Of a stretch of 64,000 nucleotides of DNA, positions 12,083-25,330 are shown one piece after another (the stretch's first letter is position 1; each line of letters opens with the position of its first letter). Where the stretch lies: contig NC_091995.1 in assembly GCF_044704955.1 (NCBI RefSeq), forward strand, positions 96,720,001 through 96,784,000, written 5' to 3'. The notes beneath the pieces are model-generated. The model searched no databases, was not told the DNA's origin, and was given only the letters and a program-made list of their open reading frames with translations. Made by a program: the position numbers and the translations under genes. This DNA is from Pristiophorus japonicus (Eukaryota).

Positions 12083-15000
12083 AGGCTTCACTTGAACCAG
12101 GCTGGAGCCACAGTCCTGACAAATCGAACTACTAGGGCTGCAGATAAGGCTTTAAATTAAACAGTGGGGGGGGAGGAAGGTTCAGGTGAGAGGAATTGTG
12201 AAAGGAGAAGGCAAATGTGCAGGGTAGCGATAGAGGGAATGATAACCAGAGTGCGACAGGAAGGGACAGAGTGTATACACATAAGGCAAAATTAAAAGCT
12301 GTATGTCTGAACGCACACAGCATGCGTAACAAGATAGATGAGTTGACGGCACAAGTAGAAATCAATGGGTATGATCTGATAGCTATTACAGAGATGTGGT
12401 TGCAAGGTGACCAAGGATGGGAACTGAATATTATGGGGTATTTGCCATTTCTTAAGGATAGGCAGAAATGGAAAAGGAGGTGGGGTAGCTCTGTTAATAA
12501 AGGATGAGATCAGTGCAGCAGTGATAAATGATATTGGCTCAGAAGATCAAGATGTAGAATCAGTTTGGGTGGAAATAAGAAATAATAAGAGTAGGAAGTC
12601 ACTGGTGGGAGTGGTCTACAGGCCCCCAAAACAGTAGCCACTCTGTAGCACAGCGTATACATCAAGAAATAATGGAGGCTTGTAAGAAAGCTACAGCAAT
12701 AACCATGGGCGATTTTAATCTTCATATTGATTGGACAAATCAAATTGGCAAAGGTAGTCTTGAGGAAGAGTTCAGAGAGTGTATGTGGGATGGTTTCTTG
12801 GAACAATACGTTATGGAACCAACCAGGGAGCAGACTATTTTAGATCTGGTAATGTGTAACAAGTCTGGATTAATTAATGCTCTCGTAGTGAAGGATCCTC
12901 TGGGGAAGAGTGATCATAGCATGGTAGAGTTTCAAATTCAGTTTGAGGGTGAGAAAGCTAGGTCTCAAACTAGTGTCCTGGACTTAAATAAAAAGTAATT
13001 ACAAAGGTATGAAGGCAGAGTTGGTTAAAGTGGGCTGGGAAAATATATTAAAGGGTAAGATGGTAGAAAAGCAGTGGCAAACATTTAAGGAAATATTTCA
13101 TTACTCTCAGCAAAGATTTATTTCAGTGAGAAAAAAAGACGCTAAGAGAAGGATGAACCATCCCTGGCTAACTAAGGAAGTAAAGGATGGTACCATATTG
13201 AAAACAAAGGCATACAATGTAGCAAAGGACAGTGGAAGGCCTGAGGATTGGGAAATGTTTAGAAACCGGCAAAGAACAACTAAAAAAATTGTTAGAGAAG
13301 ATAGCTTATGAGAGCAAACTAGCAAGAAATACAAAAACAGGCAGTAAGAACTTCGACAGGTATATAAAAAGGAAGCAAGTCACAAAAGTAAACGTTGATC
13401 CCTTAGACGATGAGACTGGAGAATTAATAACGGGAAACAGGGAAATGGCAGGGACTTTGAACAAATATTTTGTATCGGTCTTCACGGTAGAGAACACTAA
13501 AAGCATCCCAATAATTGATCATTAAGGGGCTATTGGGGGGAGGAACGTAAAACAATCACGATCACTGGAGAAAAAGTACTAGGCAAATTAACAGGGACTA
13601 GAGGTGGACAAGTCCCCTGGACCTGATGGCCTACATCCTAGGTGGCTACAGAGATAGTGGATGCATTGATTGTAATCTGCCAAAATTCCCTGGATTCTGG
13701 AGGGGTCCCAGCGGACTGGAAAATTGCAAATGTAATGCCCCTATTTAAGAAAGGAGACAGACAGAAAGCAGGGAACTATAGACCAGTTAGCCTAACATCT
13801 GTCACTGGGAAAATGCTGAAGTCTATCAGTAAGGAAGCAGTAGCAGGACATTTGGAAAATCATAATGCAGTCAGGCAGAGTCAGCACGGTTTTATGAAAT
13901 GGAAATCATGTTTGACAAATTTGAGTTCTTTAAGGATGTAATGAGCAGGGTGGATAAGTGGGGGGGAAACCAGTAGATGTCGTGTGTTTGGATTTCCAGA
14001 AAGCATTCGATAAGGTGCCACATAAAAGATTACTGCACAAAATAAGAGTTCATGGGGTTGGGGTTAATATATTAACATGGATAGTGGATTGGCTAACTAA
14101 CAGAAAACAGAGTCGGGATAAATAAGTAATTTTCAAGTTGGCAAACTATAACTAGTTGGGTGCCACAGGGATCAGTGCTGTTTATATTAATGACTTGGAT
14201 GAAGAGACAGAGTGTAATGTAGCCAAGTTTGCTGACGATACAAAGATGGATGGGAAAGCAAGTTGTGAGGAGGACACAAAGAATCTGCAAAGGGATATAG
14301 ACAGGCTAAGTGAGTGGGCAAACATTTGGCAGATGGAGTACAATGTGGGAAAATGTGAGGTTATCCACTTTGGTAGGAAAAATAAAAAAGCAAATTATTG
14401 TTTAAATGGGGAGAGATTACAAAATGCTGCAGTAGGTACTTGTACATGAAACACAAACAGTTAGTCTGCAGGTACAGCACGTGATCAGGAAGGCAAATGG
14501 AATGTGGGCCTTTATTGCAAGGGGGATAGAGTATAAAAGCAGAGAAGTCCTGCCACAACTGTACAGGGTATTGGTGAGGCCACACCTGGAATACTTTTCT
14601 TATTTAAGGAGGGATATACTTGCATTGGAGGGAGTTCAGAGAAGGTTCACGAGGTTGATTCCTGAGATGAAGGGGTCGTCATATGAAGAAAGGTTGAGCA
14701 GGTTGGGCCTATACCCATTGGAATTTAGAAGAATGAGAGGTGATCTTATTGAAACATATAAGATTCTGAGGGGACTTGACAGGGTAGATGCAGAGAGGAT
14801 GTTTCCCCTTGTGGGGGAATCTAGAACTGGGGGCATAGTCTCAGAATAAAGGGTTGCCCATTTAAAACCGAAATGGAAGAATTTCTTTTCTCAGAGGGTC
14901 GTGAATCTGTGAAATTCTCTACCCCAGAGAGCTGTGGAGGCTGGGTCATTGAATATATTTAAGGCGGAGATAGACAGATTTTTGAATGATAAGGGAGTCA

Positions 15001-15130
15001 AGGGTTATGGGTAGCGGGCAGGGAAGTGGAGCTGAGTCCAAGATCAGATCAGCCATGATCTTATTGAACGGCGGAGCAGGCTCGAGGGGCCGAATGGCCG
15101 ACTCCTGCTCCTATTTCTTACGTTCTTATG
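12083..15130 (+). mobile_element. 5'-truncated CR1 LINE (APE endonuclease + RT ORF2, frameshifted)
   Basis: CLNAHS, ITEMWLQG, GDFN, SDH and FADD motifs; TTCTTA(C/T)G tail; TSD TAGTC at 12078-12082 and 15131-15135. Confidence 0.92.
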
Positions 15131-15703
15131 TAGTCCACTAACTCTCCCATCGAAGCCTCTCCCTATCCTCCCCCGATTCTCCCTATCCTAACATCCAACT
15201 GTAGTATCGGTTTTAAATTTACTTTTCACATTTAGATTCCAATTTAACCCGGCCTCCTCATGTAACATGCTGGCTTTATTATGTAGCCCCTTTAACCTTT
15301 TTATTTAAATTGTGCAGCTCGTGTTTATCTAACCTTCCCTCGTGGCTCAGCCCCTTTACACTCGGGATCCTCTCTCGCCCTGTTCGGCCAACAACCCCTC
15401 TCTCCCTTCTCCCCCCTCCGCTCCGCTCTCCCTCCCTCCCTCCCTCCCTCCCTCCGCACGCTCCCTTCCCCTCCCCTCCCTTCCCCTCTCCCTCCCTCCG
15501 TGTCTGATGCATTAATCCCACTGGAGGTTCAGTGTTGTGTTGTTACCTGCCCCAGGTCTGGGTGTCTGGGAATTACTGCCAGGTATCAGGAAGCTATTTT
15601 ATTTGATGAATATTTTGGACGTCACTCTTGCAGCACTGGATCAGAACAGTCCTGCCCCGGGGTGCTGCCAGAGTACGGATTAGTTAGACTGCTGCTGCCA
15701 TAC

Positions 15704-15839
15704 CTTCACAACCAGCTTGCAGGCAAAGTAGAAGAGAGTCACCACTCTCCCCCAGTTGATGACTCCATCAGCAAACTGTTCCTTGGCCACTCTGAAAAAT
15801 GTCTCTTTGGGGCACTGCGAACCGATGCTGTCGATCATC
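15704..15839 (-). CDS. BAX: BAX exon 4 (BH1): MIDSIGSQCPKETFFRVAKEQFADGVINWGRVVTLFYFACKLVVK
   Basis: cacacag|G ... AAG|gtatgg. 136 nt. NWGR BH1 motif and BAX-type LFYFAxKL. Confidence 0.97.
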
Positions 15840-16064
15840 CTGTGTGCAGAAGGAAGCTCACATTAACAGGCTCACTAGTATAACCAGGCTCACTAGTATA
15901 ACCAGGCTGACTAGTATAACCATTAAGCAGATTTGGAAAAGGCAGGAATTGGGCCGAGAATTCAGACAAGGCATGGTACGGTGTGCCAGCGTGTGGTCGT
16001 GTTCACTCCCAGTTTGTTCTACGTCGAAGGATCAACAATCGGGACCCGATCTCCACAAGGCAAG

Positions 16065-19000
16065 AACATAATAGGAATAGGAGTCAGCCATTCAGTCCCT
16101 CGAGCCTGCTCCATCATTCAATAAGATCATGGCTGATCTGATCTTGGCCTCAACTCCACTTTCCTGCCTGTTCCCCATAACCCCCGACTCCCTTATCATT
16201 CTATCTCCGCCTTGAATATACTCAGTGACAGTCCCCACAGCTCTCTGGGGCAGAAAATTCCACACACGACCCTCGGAGAAGAAATTCCCCCTCATCTCCG
16301 TCTTAAATGGGTGACCCCTTATTCTGAAACTATGCCCCCTAATTCTAGATTCCCCCACAAGGGGAAATACCCTCTCTGCATATTCTGTCAAGTCCCCTCA
16401 GAATCTTATATGTTTCAGTAAGATTGATGTGCAAAGTTAAAGCACATGGGATTGGGGGTAGTGTGCTGACATGGATTGAGAACTGGTTGTCAGACAGGAA
16501 GCAAAGAGTAGGAGTAAATGGGGACTTTTCAGAATGGCAGGCAGTGACTAGTGGGGTGCCGCAAGGTTCTGTGCTGGGGCCCCAGCTGTTTACATTGTAC
16601 ATTAATGATTTAGACGAGGGGATTAAATGTAGTATCTCCAAATTTGCGGATGACACTAAGTTGGGTGGCAGTGTGAGCTGCGAGGAGGATGCTATGAGGC
16701 TGCAGAGTGACTTGGATAGGTTAGGTGAGTGGGCAAATGCATGGCAGATGAAGTATAATGTGGATAAATGTGAGGTTATCCACTTTGGTGGTAAAAACAG
16801 AGAGACAGACTATTATCTGAATGGTAACAGATTAGGAAAAGGGGAGGTGCAACGAGACCTGGGTGTCATGGGACATCAGTCATTGATGCAGGTACAGCAG
16901 GCGGTTAAGAAAGCAAATGGCATGTTGGCCTTCATAGCGAGGGGATTTGAGTACAGGGGCAGGGAGGTGTTGCTACAGTTGTACAGGGCCTTGGTGAGGT
17001 CACACCTGGAGTATTGTGTACAGTTTTGGTCTCCTAACTTGAGGAAGGACATTCTTGCTATTGAGGGAGTGCAGCGAAGGTTCACCCGACTGATTCCCGG
17101 GATGGCGGGACTGACATATCAAGAAAGACTGGATCAACTGGGCTTGTATTCACTGGAGTTCAGAAGAATGAGAGGGGATCTCATAGAAACATTTAAAATT
17201 CTGACGGGTTTAGACAGGTTAGATGCAGGAAGAATGTTCCCAATGTTGGGGAAGTCCAGAACCAGGAGTCACAGTCTAAGGATAAGGGGTAAGCCATTTA
17301 GGACCGAGATGAGGAGAAACTTCTTCACCCAGACAGTTTTGAACCTGTGGAAATCTCTACCACAGAAAGTTGTGGCCAATTCACTAAATATATTCAAAAA
17401 GGAGTTAGATGTAGTCCTTACTACTAGGAGGATCAAGGAATATGGCGAGAAAGCAGGAATGGGGTCCTGAAGTTGCATGTTCAGCCATGAACTCATTGAA
17501 TGGCGGTGCAGGCTCGAATGGCCTACTCCTGCACCTATTTTCTATATTTCTACCACCTCTCATTCGTCTAAACTCCAATGAGTACAGCTGCACAAGATAA
17601 AAGCTCACGGGGTTGGGGATAATATATCAGCATAGAGAGGGGATTGGCTATCTAACAGACAACAGAGAGTTGGATAAATGGGGCATTTTCTGATTGGCAA
17701 ACAGTGACTAGTGGGGTGCTGCAGGGATCGGTGCTGGGGCCTCAACTATTTACAATCTATATTAATGACTTGGATGAAGGGACCGAGTGTAATGTAGCCA
17801 AGTTTGCTGATGATACAAAGATGGATGGGAAAGCAAATTGTGAAGAGGACACAAAAAATTTGCAAAGGGATATGGACAGTCTCTGAGTGGGCAAAAATTT
17901 GGCAGATGGAGTAGAATGTGTGAAAATGTGAAGTTATCCACTTTGGCAGAAATAATAGAAAAGCAAATTATAATTTAAATGGAGAAAAATTGCAAAATGC
18001 TGCAGTACAGAGGGACCTAGAGGTCCTTGTGCATGAAACACAAAAAGTTAGTATGCAGGTACAGCAAGATATCAGGAAGGCCAATGGAATGTTGGCCTTT
18101 ATTGCAAGGGGGATGGAGTATAAAAGCAGAGAAATCCTGCTACAACTGTACAGGGTATTGGTGAGGCCACACCTGGAGTACTGCGTACAGTTTTGGTCTC
18201 CGTATTTAAGGAAGGATACACTTGCATTGGAGGCTGTTCAGAGATGGTTCACTAGATTGATTCCAGAGATGAGGGGGTTGACTTATGAGGGTAGGTTGAG
18301 CCTATACTCATTGGAGTTCAAAAGAATGAGAGGCGATCTTATTGAAACTTATGATAATAAGGGGGCTCAACAAGGTGGATGCAGAGAGGATATTTCCACT
18401 CATAGGGGAAACTAAAACTAGGGGACATAGTCTCAGAATAAGTGGCCGCCCATTTAAAACTGAGATGAGGAGAAATTTTTTCTCTGAGTGTTGTAAATCT
18501 ATAGAATTCTCTACCCCAGGGAGCTGTGGAGGCTGGGTCATTGAGTATATTTAAGGCGAAGATAAGACAGATTTTTGAGCGATAAACAGAAGTAAAGGTT
18601 ACAGGGAGCGGGCGGGGAAGTGGAGCAGAGTCCATGATCAGACCAGTCATGATTTTATTGAATGGCGGAGCAGGGTCGAGGGGCCGATTGGCCTACTCCT
18701 CAGAAGACAACCCCCTCATCTCCAGAATCAACCTAGTGAACCTTCTCTCAACTGCCTTCAATGCAAGTACATCCTTCCTTAAATACGGAGACCAACACTG
18801 TATGCAGTACTCCAGGTGTGACCTCACCAATACCCTGTACAGTTGGAGCAGGACTTCTCTGCTTTTATACTCTATCCCCCTTGCAATAAAGGCCAACATT
18901 CCATTTGCCTTCCTGATCACTTGCTGTACCTGCATACTAACTGTGTGTTTCATGTACAAGGATCCCAGGTCCCTCTGTACTGCAGCATTCTATTTAAATA

Positions 19001-19335
19001 ATATTTTGCATTTCTATTCTTCCTACCAAAGTGGATTTTCCCACATTATACTCCATCTGCCAAATGTTTTCCCACTGACTTAACCTGTCTATATCCCTTT
19101 CCAGATTCTGTGTCCTCCTTGCAACTTGCTTTCCCACCCATCTTTGTATCGTCAGCAAATTTGGCTATATTACACTCGATCCTTTCTTCCAAGTCATTTA
19201 AATAGATTGTAAATAGTTGAGGTCCCAGCACCGATCCCTGTGGCACCCCACTAGTCACTATTTGTCAACCTGAGAATGACCCATTTATCCCGACTCTGTT
19301 AGTTAGCCAATCCTCCATCCATGCCAATATATTAC
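16065..19335. mobile_element. Nested CR1 cluster: minus-strand CR1 interrupted by two plus-strand CR1 3' fragments (~16424-17550, ~17588-18695)
   Basis: RT ORF 16424-17470 (+). Minus-strand pieces 16065-16423, 17551-17587 and 18696-19335 are collinear. Confidence 0.85.
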
Positions 19336-19800
19336 TGAGGTAATACAAGTCATGCAGGGGATTCCTGGGCACAAGACTGGAATCGTTCCGCGCCCATCAC
19401 CTGCTGCAGTTGTTGCAGAGTTTTCAAATCACGACCTGCAACATTGTTCAATGCAGCATTTTGTACAGAATCACAGGCTGAAATCTCACAGGGTCTCGCC
19501 CTTCATAAACAGGGACTCTGCACAACACAAACAGCCTGTGAAACAACGGACATTGAATCAGGGAACTGGATTAACTGCTTAGAGAGGACTGGTTGCTTCA
19601 GAGAGTCAGGTTTAGGTTTAGGTTTAGGTTTCGGTTTAGTGTCCCTCTGGACTCTATCCCGACCGAGTGATGGGATTAAAGTCCCCTCCATCCTCTGGCA
19701 GGGCGTTCAGGCCGCCCCCCTCCCCTCCACCGGCCAGGTCAGGAGGTCCCAGTCCTGGCTCCCTTCAATAGGCCGCAGCCTCTGCTGGATTGCTCCTAAC

Positions 19801-19968
19801 CTCTGCAACTCCACATTTCCGTCAAGCTCGTCCCCGATCTGTCGCAGGCAAACCCCAAGACGCTTTACGTTGGGGTTACACAGTTCATCCTCTTTGCCCC
19901 CGAGCTCGGTGATGGTTAACACTGCTTCAGAACCTTCGGCACCTCGAGTCGTCCGATCTACGATAAAT
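19801..19968 (-). CDS. BAX: BAX exon 3 (BH3): FIVDRTTRGAEGSEAVLTITELGGKEDELCNPNVKRLGVCLRQIGDELDGNVELQR
   Basis: atttcag|A ... AG|gttagg. 168 nt, phase 2-2. CLRQIGDELD BH3 motif. Confidence 0.97.
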
Positions 19969-20658
19969 CTGAAATGTAAAAATCATTACTCTCCCAGAAA
20001 TTCCAACGCAGGAGGAGCCTATTCGGCCCATCAGCTCTCTGCTAGCAGTAAGCTCTTCACTTAACCTCTGCCTATTTCCGCCGTTAGTGCGGCCTCCTGC
20101 TCACTCCCGATTCTCACGGACTCAACTAACACCAATAATTCAACTGTCAGCGGTTCGGTGAAATGGCTCCACATCAACATTCAAACTACATTTTACCACT
20201 TGCAGCTTACGTGTGTATTTATTCTACAAACACTGCCCTCATGTCTGGGCGTCCCACGACCTCTCAAACCAACCACTAACTCGGGTACGTCCTACTCTAC
20301 TCCACTCCTAGAGAACCAGCTGCCCATCGTCTGGTTCCTGACAACAAGGCCGGAGGCTGGGAGTGAATCCTGGGGAACCTTGGGTGTATTCTCACTGCAC
20401 TAACTAGCCTGCCGTGCCAAAGCCACATTCCTAGCTTTGGGAGAGTTCCAGACTGAAGGCGAGGCTCCTGGGATAACGAGAGGAGTCAAACACTTCCCAA
20501 CAACAATGACCTGAAGCAGCCCTCCGAACTATTCAGACCGACTCCCCACTAGGTAAATCGGAGTAGTGGCCAGATTGGCAGCTAAATCACCAGAACTAGA
20601 CTCCAGAGCCCAGACTACTTAGGAGCAAGTATTGAATCAAATTAAAACGGACACGTAC

Positions 20659-20707
20659 CCGCGCAGAAGTGTGGCTCCTGTCTGCATGATCTGCTCACTA
20701 ACTTGAT
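20659..20707 (-). CDS. BAX: BAX exon 2: DQVSEQIMQTGATLLRG
   Basis: cttttag|AT ... GG|gtacgt. 49 nt, phase 1-2. Resembles BAX alpha1 SEQIMKTGALLLQG. Confidence 0.95.
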
Positions 20708-22161
20708 CTAAAAGAGAAGCACAAAGTTAGGGAACAATAATATGACTTAACAAGTGCGAGAGTTGAGCCGAGCTACAGGATTAAGTCATCCTCGACTCCG
20801 AGCGACTGCCTATGATGATGCTGACAGGATCCAATATGGCAACTGTGCCCGTGTACAAAGTGCAGCCTGCAGGCTAATACTGCCTGCCGAGTGGCTCACC
20901 AACTTGTGCATCACCAACTGTGGCAGCACAGTCTCCCTCGGCTCCGGCAGAAACACTAGAAAAAACACCATTGATCTAGAAACCGTTGCAAAAGCTTCTC
21001 AGAACTCAGTTAGATAAGGAATGGACAGTGAGCGGTTGGTCAAATGGTCATAAGGACATGGAGCGGTGCAGGGGACAAGTCGGGAATTTCAGGGCATGGG
21101 GCCTTGACGACAAATCCTATTCCAAATCCACTTCCAGCTACATTTGTGGTGGGGAAGTGGGCAGGAGGATGAGTGTGGTGAGGGAAACAAGGAAGTAATT
21201 GGAAATGTCCTTGCCTGGGGCATAGAGAGGTCACGTGAAATGGCAACTCAAGGGGGTAGCTGAGACTGTGGGTGCTTATACGAAAGGAAAGGGAAAAATA
21301 ACTTACTTTTCTGTACCATCTTTTACCACCCCTTGTCCCAAAGTACTTCACAGCCAATGAAGTAGAGCAGTGTCACTGCTGGGAGTGATGGAGGTTCAGG
21401 GAGGACAATCACCGAGAATGTGGAGTAAAAGTGCAGAAGCTGAGAGAAAAGCAGGGAGGGTATGGACAAGGCGAGATCTTCGATGGGGACTGTACCAGAG
21501 GAGTAGGGTGAGGGAGAAAAGGGAGAGTGTGATTTGGTGATGAAGGCAGGCGTTTAGACGGGGCAGGTGATGGGAGGTAGAGCTAGGCGGGAAAACCAAC
21601 AAGTTACAAGAAATGCCGTTCAAAATTGCCCGCCCAAGATTGGCAGTAAATCATTAATTTCCCCGGACTACGCTGGCATGGAAAGGATTGATGAGTCACT
21701 GCTGGGAATGTGTCCTGTCGCGCTCCGTGTGAAACCTACACTCAGCCCCTCCCTTCAGTGATACTAACAGGGCAGCGCCCAGATTGGGGTAGAGCAGAAT
21801 CAGGCTTGTTACAGAGTCCACAGCACACACACATCGTGCTCCTCATTTAGAAAAAAATATCAAAGCTCTAAAATATTTGCGAAGATAAAACATCAAATTA
21901 CAACTGGACAATCTTAAAAAAAAATTGAGAAAAGAAAGCAAGTCAGCTTTTATTAGTTTGCCTGACCTCGAATTCTGGTCAAGTGATCTCCCACCATTGG
22001 TGGTCGTGCCTTCAGCCATCTAGGCTCGAAGCTCTGGAATTCCCTCCCTAAACCTCACTTCCATTTAAGATATTCTTAAAACCTATCTTTGACCAAGCTT
22101 GACCTGTCCCAGTGTCTCCATCGTTAGCTCGGTGGCAATTTTTGTTTGTGATGTGCGTTTA

Positions 22162-22490
22162 CAGGTTGAATCTCTCTTATCCAGCACTGTGCCAGATAAG
22201 GGATTTTTCCAGACGAGGGGTGGTCACGTTAAATTGGATGGTACAGGTACTGAGCAAGGGGATATTGGGGCTGGCTGGCTTGGGGTTGAGAGTGCGGCAG
22301 AGATATCATGGGGTTGGGGGGGCGCTGTGGATCACGGGGTCAGGCCAACGATTGCGGGAGTCGGAAGCGAGTAAGGACTTCAATTTGTTCATGTCGGGAG
22401 TTCTGTGCATGCGCCACCCGGTGGCCAGGAATGGTTCTGGACGAGGGGTGGTTCCAGATAAGGGAGTTCTGGATAAGGGAGGTTTAACTG
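22162..22490. mobile_element. Tc1/mariner (pogo/Tigger-like) MITE
   Basis: TIRs CAGGTTGAATCTCTCTTATCCAG and CTGGATAAGGGAGGTTTAACTG, each flanked by TA. Confidence 0.75.
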
Positions 22491-23554
22491 TACTATGTTT
22501 ATGGCACTATAGACATATAGGTTGTTAAGACATTGAGATTAGAGGATACAGTGAGCTCCCATGGTAGAACTCACCAATCAGCCTCCAAGTGACTATTCAG
22601 ACCACCTGCCCACTGGGAATGCCAGATAGGGCCAGTTTAGGTGAAACTGCCCCATACTAGCAGCAAGGCCATGGGTCTTCAGCTAGTTTTTGAACAGATG
22701 TCACAAAACAAACCTAACAGAGATTAAATGCAGTTGGAATGTTCTAGTCACACGCCAACAGGAAGAATGTAATTGAGGGAGAGCAGGTTTGTGTTTCCGG
22801 GAATTGCTGGCCTGTTGATCGGAGAGGTGGATGAGCCAGTGTGAACGGTTAGATATGAAACTGACATGACAAGGCCCAGGAAAGGAAATTCCATGCCTCG
22901 GGTGTGTCAATAAAACACTGCGGCATTCATGGCTTTGATCCAGTGTTCTGACAAATCATAGGCCCCCAGGCAGCAAGGTGTGGGTACCTTAAACACGTGC
23001 ACCAGTTAGAAGCTAGAATCAGTGCAGCAATCATCTTTCCGGTGAGAGGTTTAACATCAGTGTAAGATTGTAGAGGAACCTGTCCCAGGACTCTCAACCA
23101 ACACCAGGAAGATATCAATTGATCCATTTGCTGTGTCTGGGGCCTAGCAGTGCAGATTGGTTACACAGGATTCACTGGGTGTGAAGGACTTTGGGACAGA
23201 TGTGAGCAGCTACTACAAAAATTAAAGTTCTTCCTTGAATCTGATCCCATAACTTAGGTACTCACCTACCGGCGGACACACTCAATTAAACACATCCGGA
23301 TACTGATCATTGTAGAATAGGCCAGGAAAGAGAAACGGTCACTCAATGCAATGAATGAGGGGGAAAAAACTGAGCGCAGATAAAACAAGCTGAGATGCAG
23401 AGTGACCAGCACTGGATCAGCTGAACCTCACTCGGACAATATCTGGGGGCAGCCCTGATCCCCATCCAGTGATTGCTGCTGGGACCAGGACCGGGTACAC
23501 TCTGACAATCCGGATCCGGACTGAGACACCGATCGCCACACAGCTGGACAGCAG

Positions 23555-24950
23555 GGGGGGGGGAAAGAGAGGTGTCGTGGGGGAGGGGGAGTGTGGGGGA
23601 GGGAGTGAGGGGGGGGGGGAGAGTGAGGGGGGGGGGGGGGAGTGGGGGGGGGGGGGGAGTGTGGGGGGGGGGGAGTGAGGGAGGGGGAGTGTGGGGGGGG
23701 GGGGAAGTGAGGGGGGGGAGTGAGGGGGGGGCGGGAGAGGCGAGGAGTGAGGGTAGTGAAGGGGAGCGAGGAGGGGCAAGGAGGTGGGGGGGGGGGGGGG
23801 AGTGAGTAGTGAGGGGGCGAGCCCGGGGGGTGGGGAGCCGGGGGCCGGGGAGTGGGGAGCCGGGGCCCGGTGGGTGGGGGGCCCGGGGGGTGGGGGACCG
23901 GGGGGTGGGGAGCCGGGGGGTGGGGGACCGGGGGCCGGGGGGTGGGGAGCCGGGAGCCGGGGCCCGGTGGGTGGGGGGCCCGGGGGTGGGGGACCGGGGG
24001 GTGGGGAGCCGGGAGCCGGGGCCCGGGGGGTGGGGAGCCGGGAGCCGGGGGCCCGGGGGGTGGGGAGCCGGGGCCCGGGGAGTGGGGGCCCGGGGGGTGG
24101 GGAGCCGGGGCCCGGGGGGTGGGGGCCCGGGGAGCCGGGGGGTGGGGAGCCGGGGCCCGGGGGTGGGGAGCCGGGGGGTGGGGGCCCGGGGGGTGGGGGC
24201 CCGGGGAGCCGGGGGGTGGGGAGCCGGGGAGCCGGGGGGTGGGGAGCCGGGGCCCGGGGGTGGGGGCCCGGGGGGTGGGGAGCCGGGGCCCGGGGGGTGG
24301 GGGCCCGGGGAGCCGGGGGTGGGGGCCCGGGGGGTGGGGAGCCGGGGGGTGGGGGCCCGGGGGGTGGGGAGCCGGGGGGTGGGGAGCCGGGGGTGGGGGC
24401 CCGGGGGGTGGGGGCCCGGGGGGTGGGGGCCCGGGGGGTGGGGGCCCGGGGGGTGGGGGTGGGGGCCCGGGGAGCCGGGGGTGGGGGCCCGGGGGGTGGG
24501 GGGCCGCGGATCGGGGGCCGGGGCCCGGGGGGGTGGGGAGCCGGGGCCCGGGGGGTGGGGGCCCGGGGGGTGGGGAGCCGGGGGCCGGGGCCCGGGCGGT
24601 GGGGAGCCGGGGGGTGGGGGACCGGTGAGTGGGGGCCCGGGGCCCGGGGGGTGGGGGGCCGGTGAGTGGGGGCCCGGGGCCCGGGGGGTGGGGACCGGTG
24701 AGTGGGGGCCCGGGGGGGTGGGGGCCCGGGGCCCGGGGGGTGGGGGGCCGCGGATCGGGGGCCGGGGGTGGGGGCACTCCCCCAATCGCGGGTTCTGGGG
24801 CTGAGCCTTACCCAGTGCCAGCAGCCCGGGGCCCGGGGGGTGGGGACCGGTGAGTGGGGGCCCGGGGGGTGGGGGGCCGCGGATCGGGGGCCCGGGGCCC
24901 GGGGGGTGGGGAGCCGGGGGCCGGGGTCGGGGCCCGGGGGTGGGGGCACT
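23555..24950 (+). repeat. G-rich degenerate repeat (GGGGGGTGGGGAGCC/GGGGCCC) at the start of BAX intron 1
   Basis: Dense G runs; source of the spurious 300-600 aa Pro/Gly ORFs. Confidence 0.95.
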
Positions 24951-24983
24951 CCCCCAATCGCGGGTTCTGGGGCTGTGCCTTAC

Positions 24984-25065
24984 CCAGTGCCAGCAGCCCG
25001 GGGCCGCTCCGATTCCTCCGCCGCCTCTGACCCTCGCCGTCCCCGCAGCCGCCGGCCTCCGCCAT
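24984..25065 (-). CDS. BAX: BAX exon 1 coding part: MAEAGGCGDGEGQRRRRNRSGPGLLAL
   Basis: gggATGG start in a CpG island; donor CTGG|gtaagg; 82 nt, phase 1 fits exon 2. Six exons sum to 636 nt (211 aa plus stop). Confidence 0.85.
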
Positions 25066-25330
25066 CCCGCTCCCGGCCCGAGGCTCTGCGGCCCAGCCGC
25101 TGTTGCTATGGCGCATTGCGCACGCGCGACACCGCCTCGTGACATCACCGCGGGGCCCCGCCTTTCCTGAATATTCTAATTAGCTCGGACCCGCCCCCTA
25201 TTAGAATATTATAATTAGCCGCAAGTACAATCACTCCGCGCTCAGTGCGCACGCTCCGGTGGTGGCGGCTCCGTGGGCGGTAGCGGTAGCGGGAGCGGGA
25301 GCGGGAGCGGGCGGTGGCGAAATCCTAACA
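25066..25330 (-). promoter_or_regulatory. BAX CpG-island promoter / 5' UTR
   Basis: CpG-dense. NRF1-like TGCGCACGCGC near 25117 and GTGCGCACGC near 25245; GC box CCCGCCCC near 25190. Confidence 0.65.

Noticed and set aside
19609-19640. (TTTAGG)n telomere-like run
   Set aside because: Only about five imperfect copies and not TTAGGG.
20900-23400. p53 response element in BAX intron 1
   Set aside because: Only isolated imperfect half-sites (e.g. GGACAAGTCG near 21074) by eye; a matrix scan would be needed.
23343-25148. 601/510/449-aa Pro-rich ORFs and collagen-like Gly-Pro ORFs
   Set aside because: Open in several frames on both strands because the G/C repeat lacks stops; they lie in BAX intron 1.
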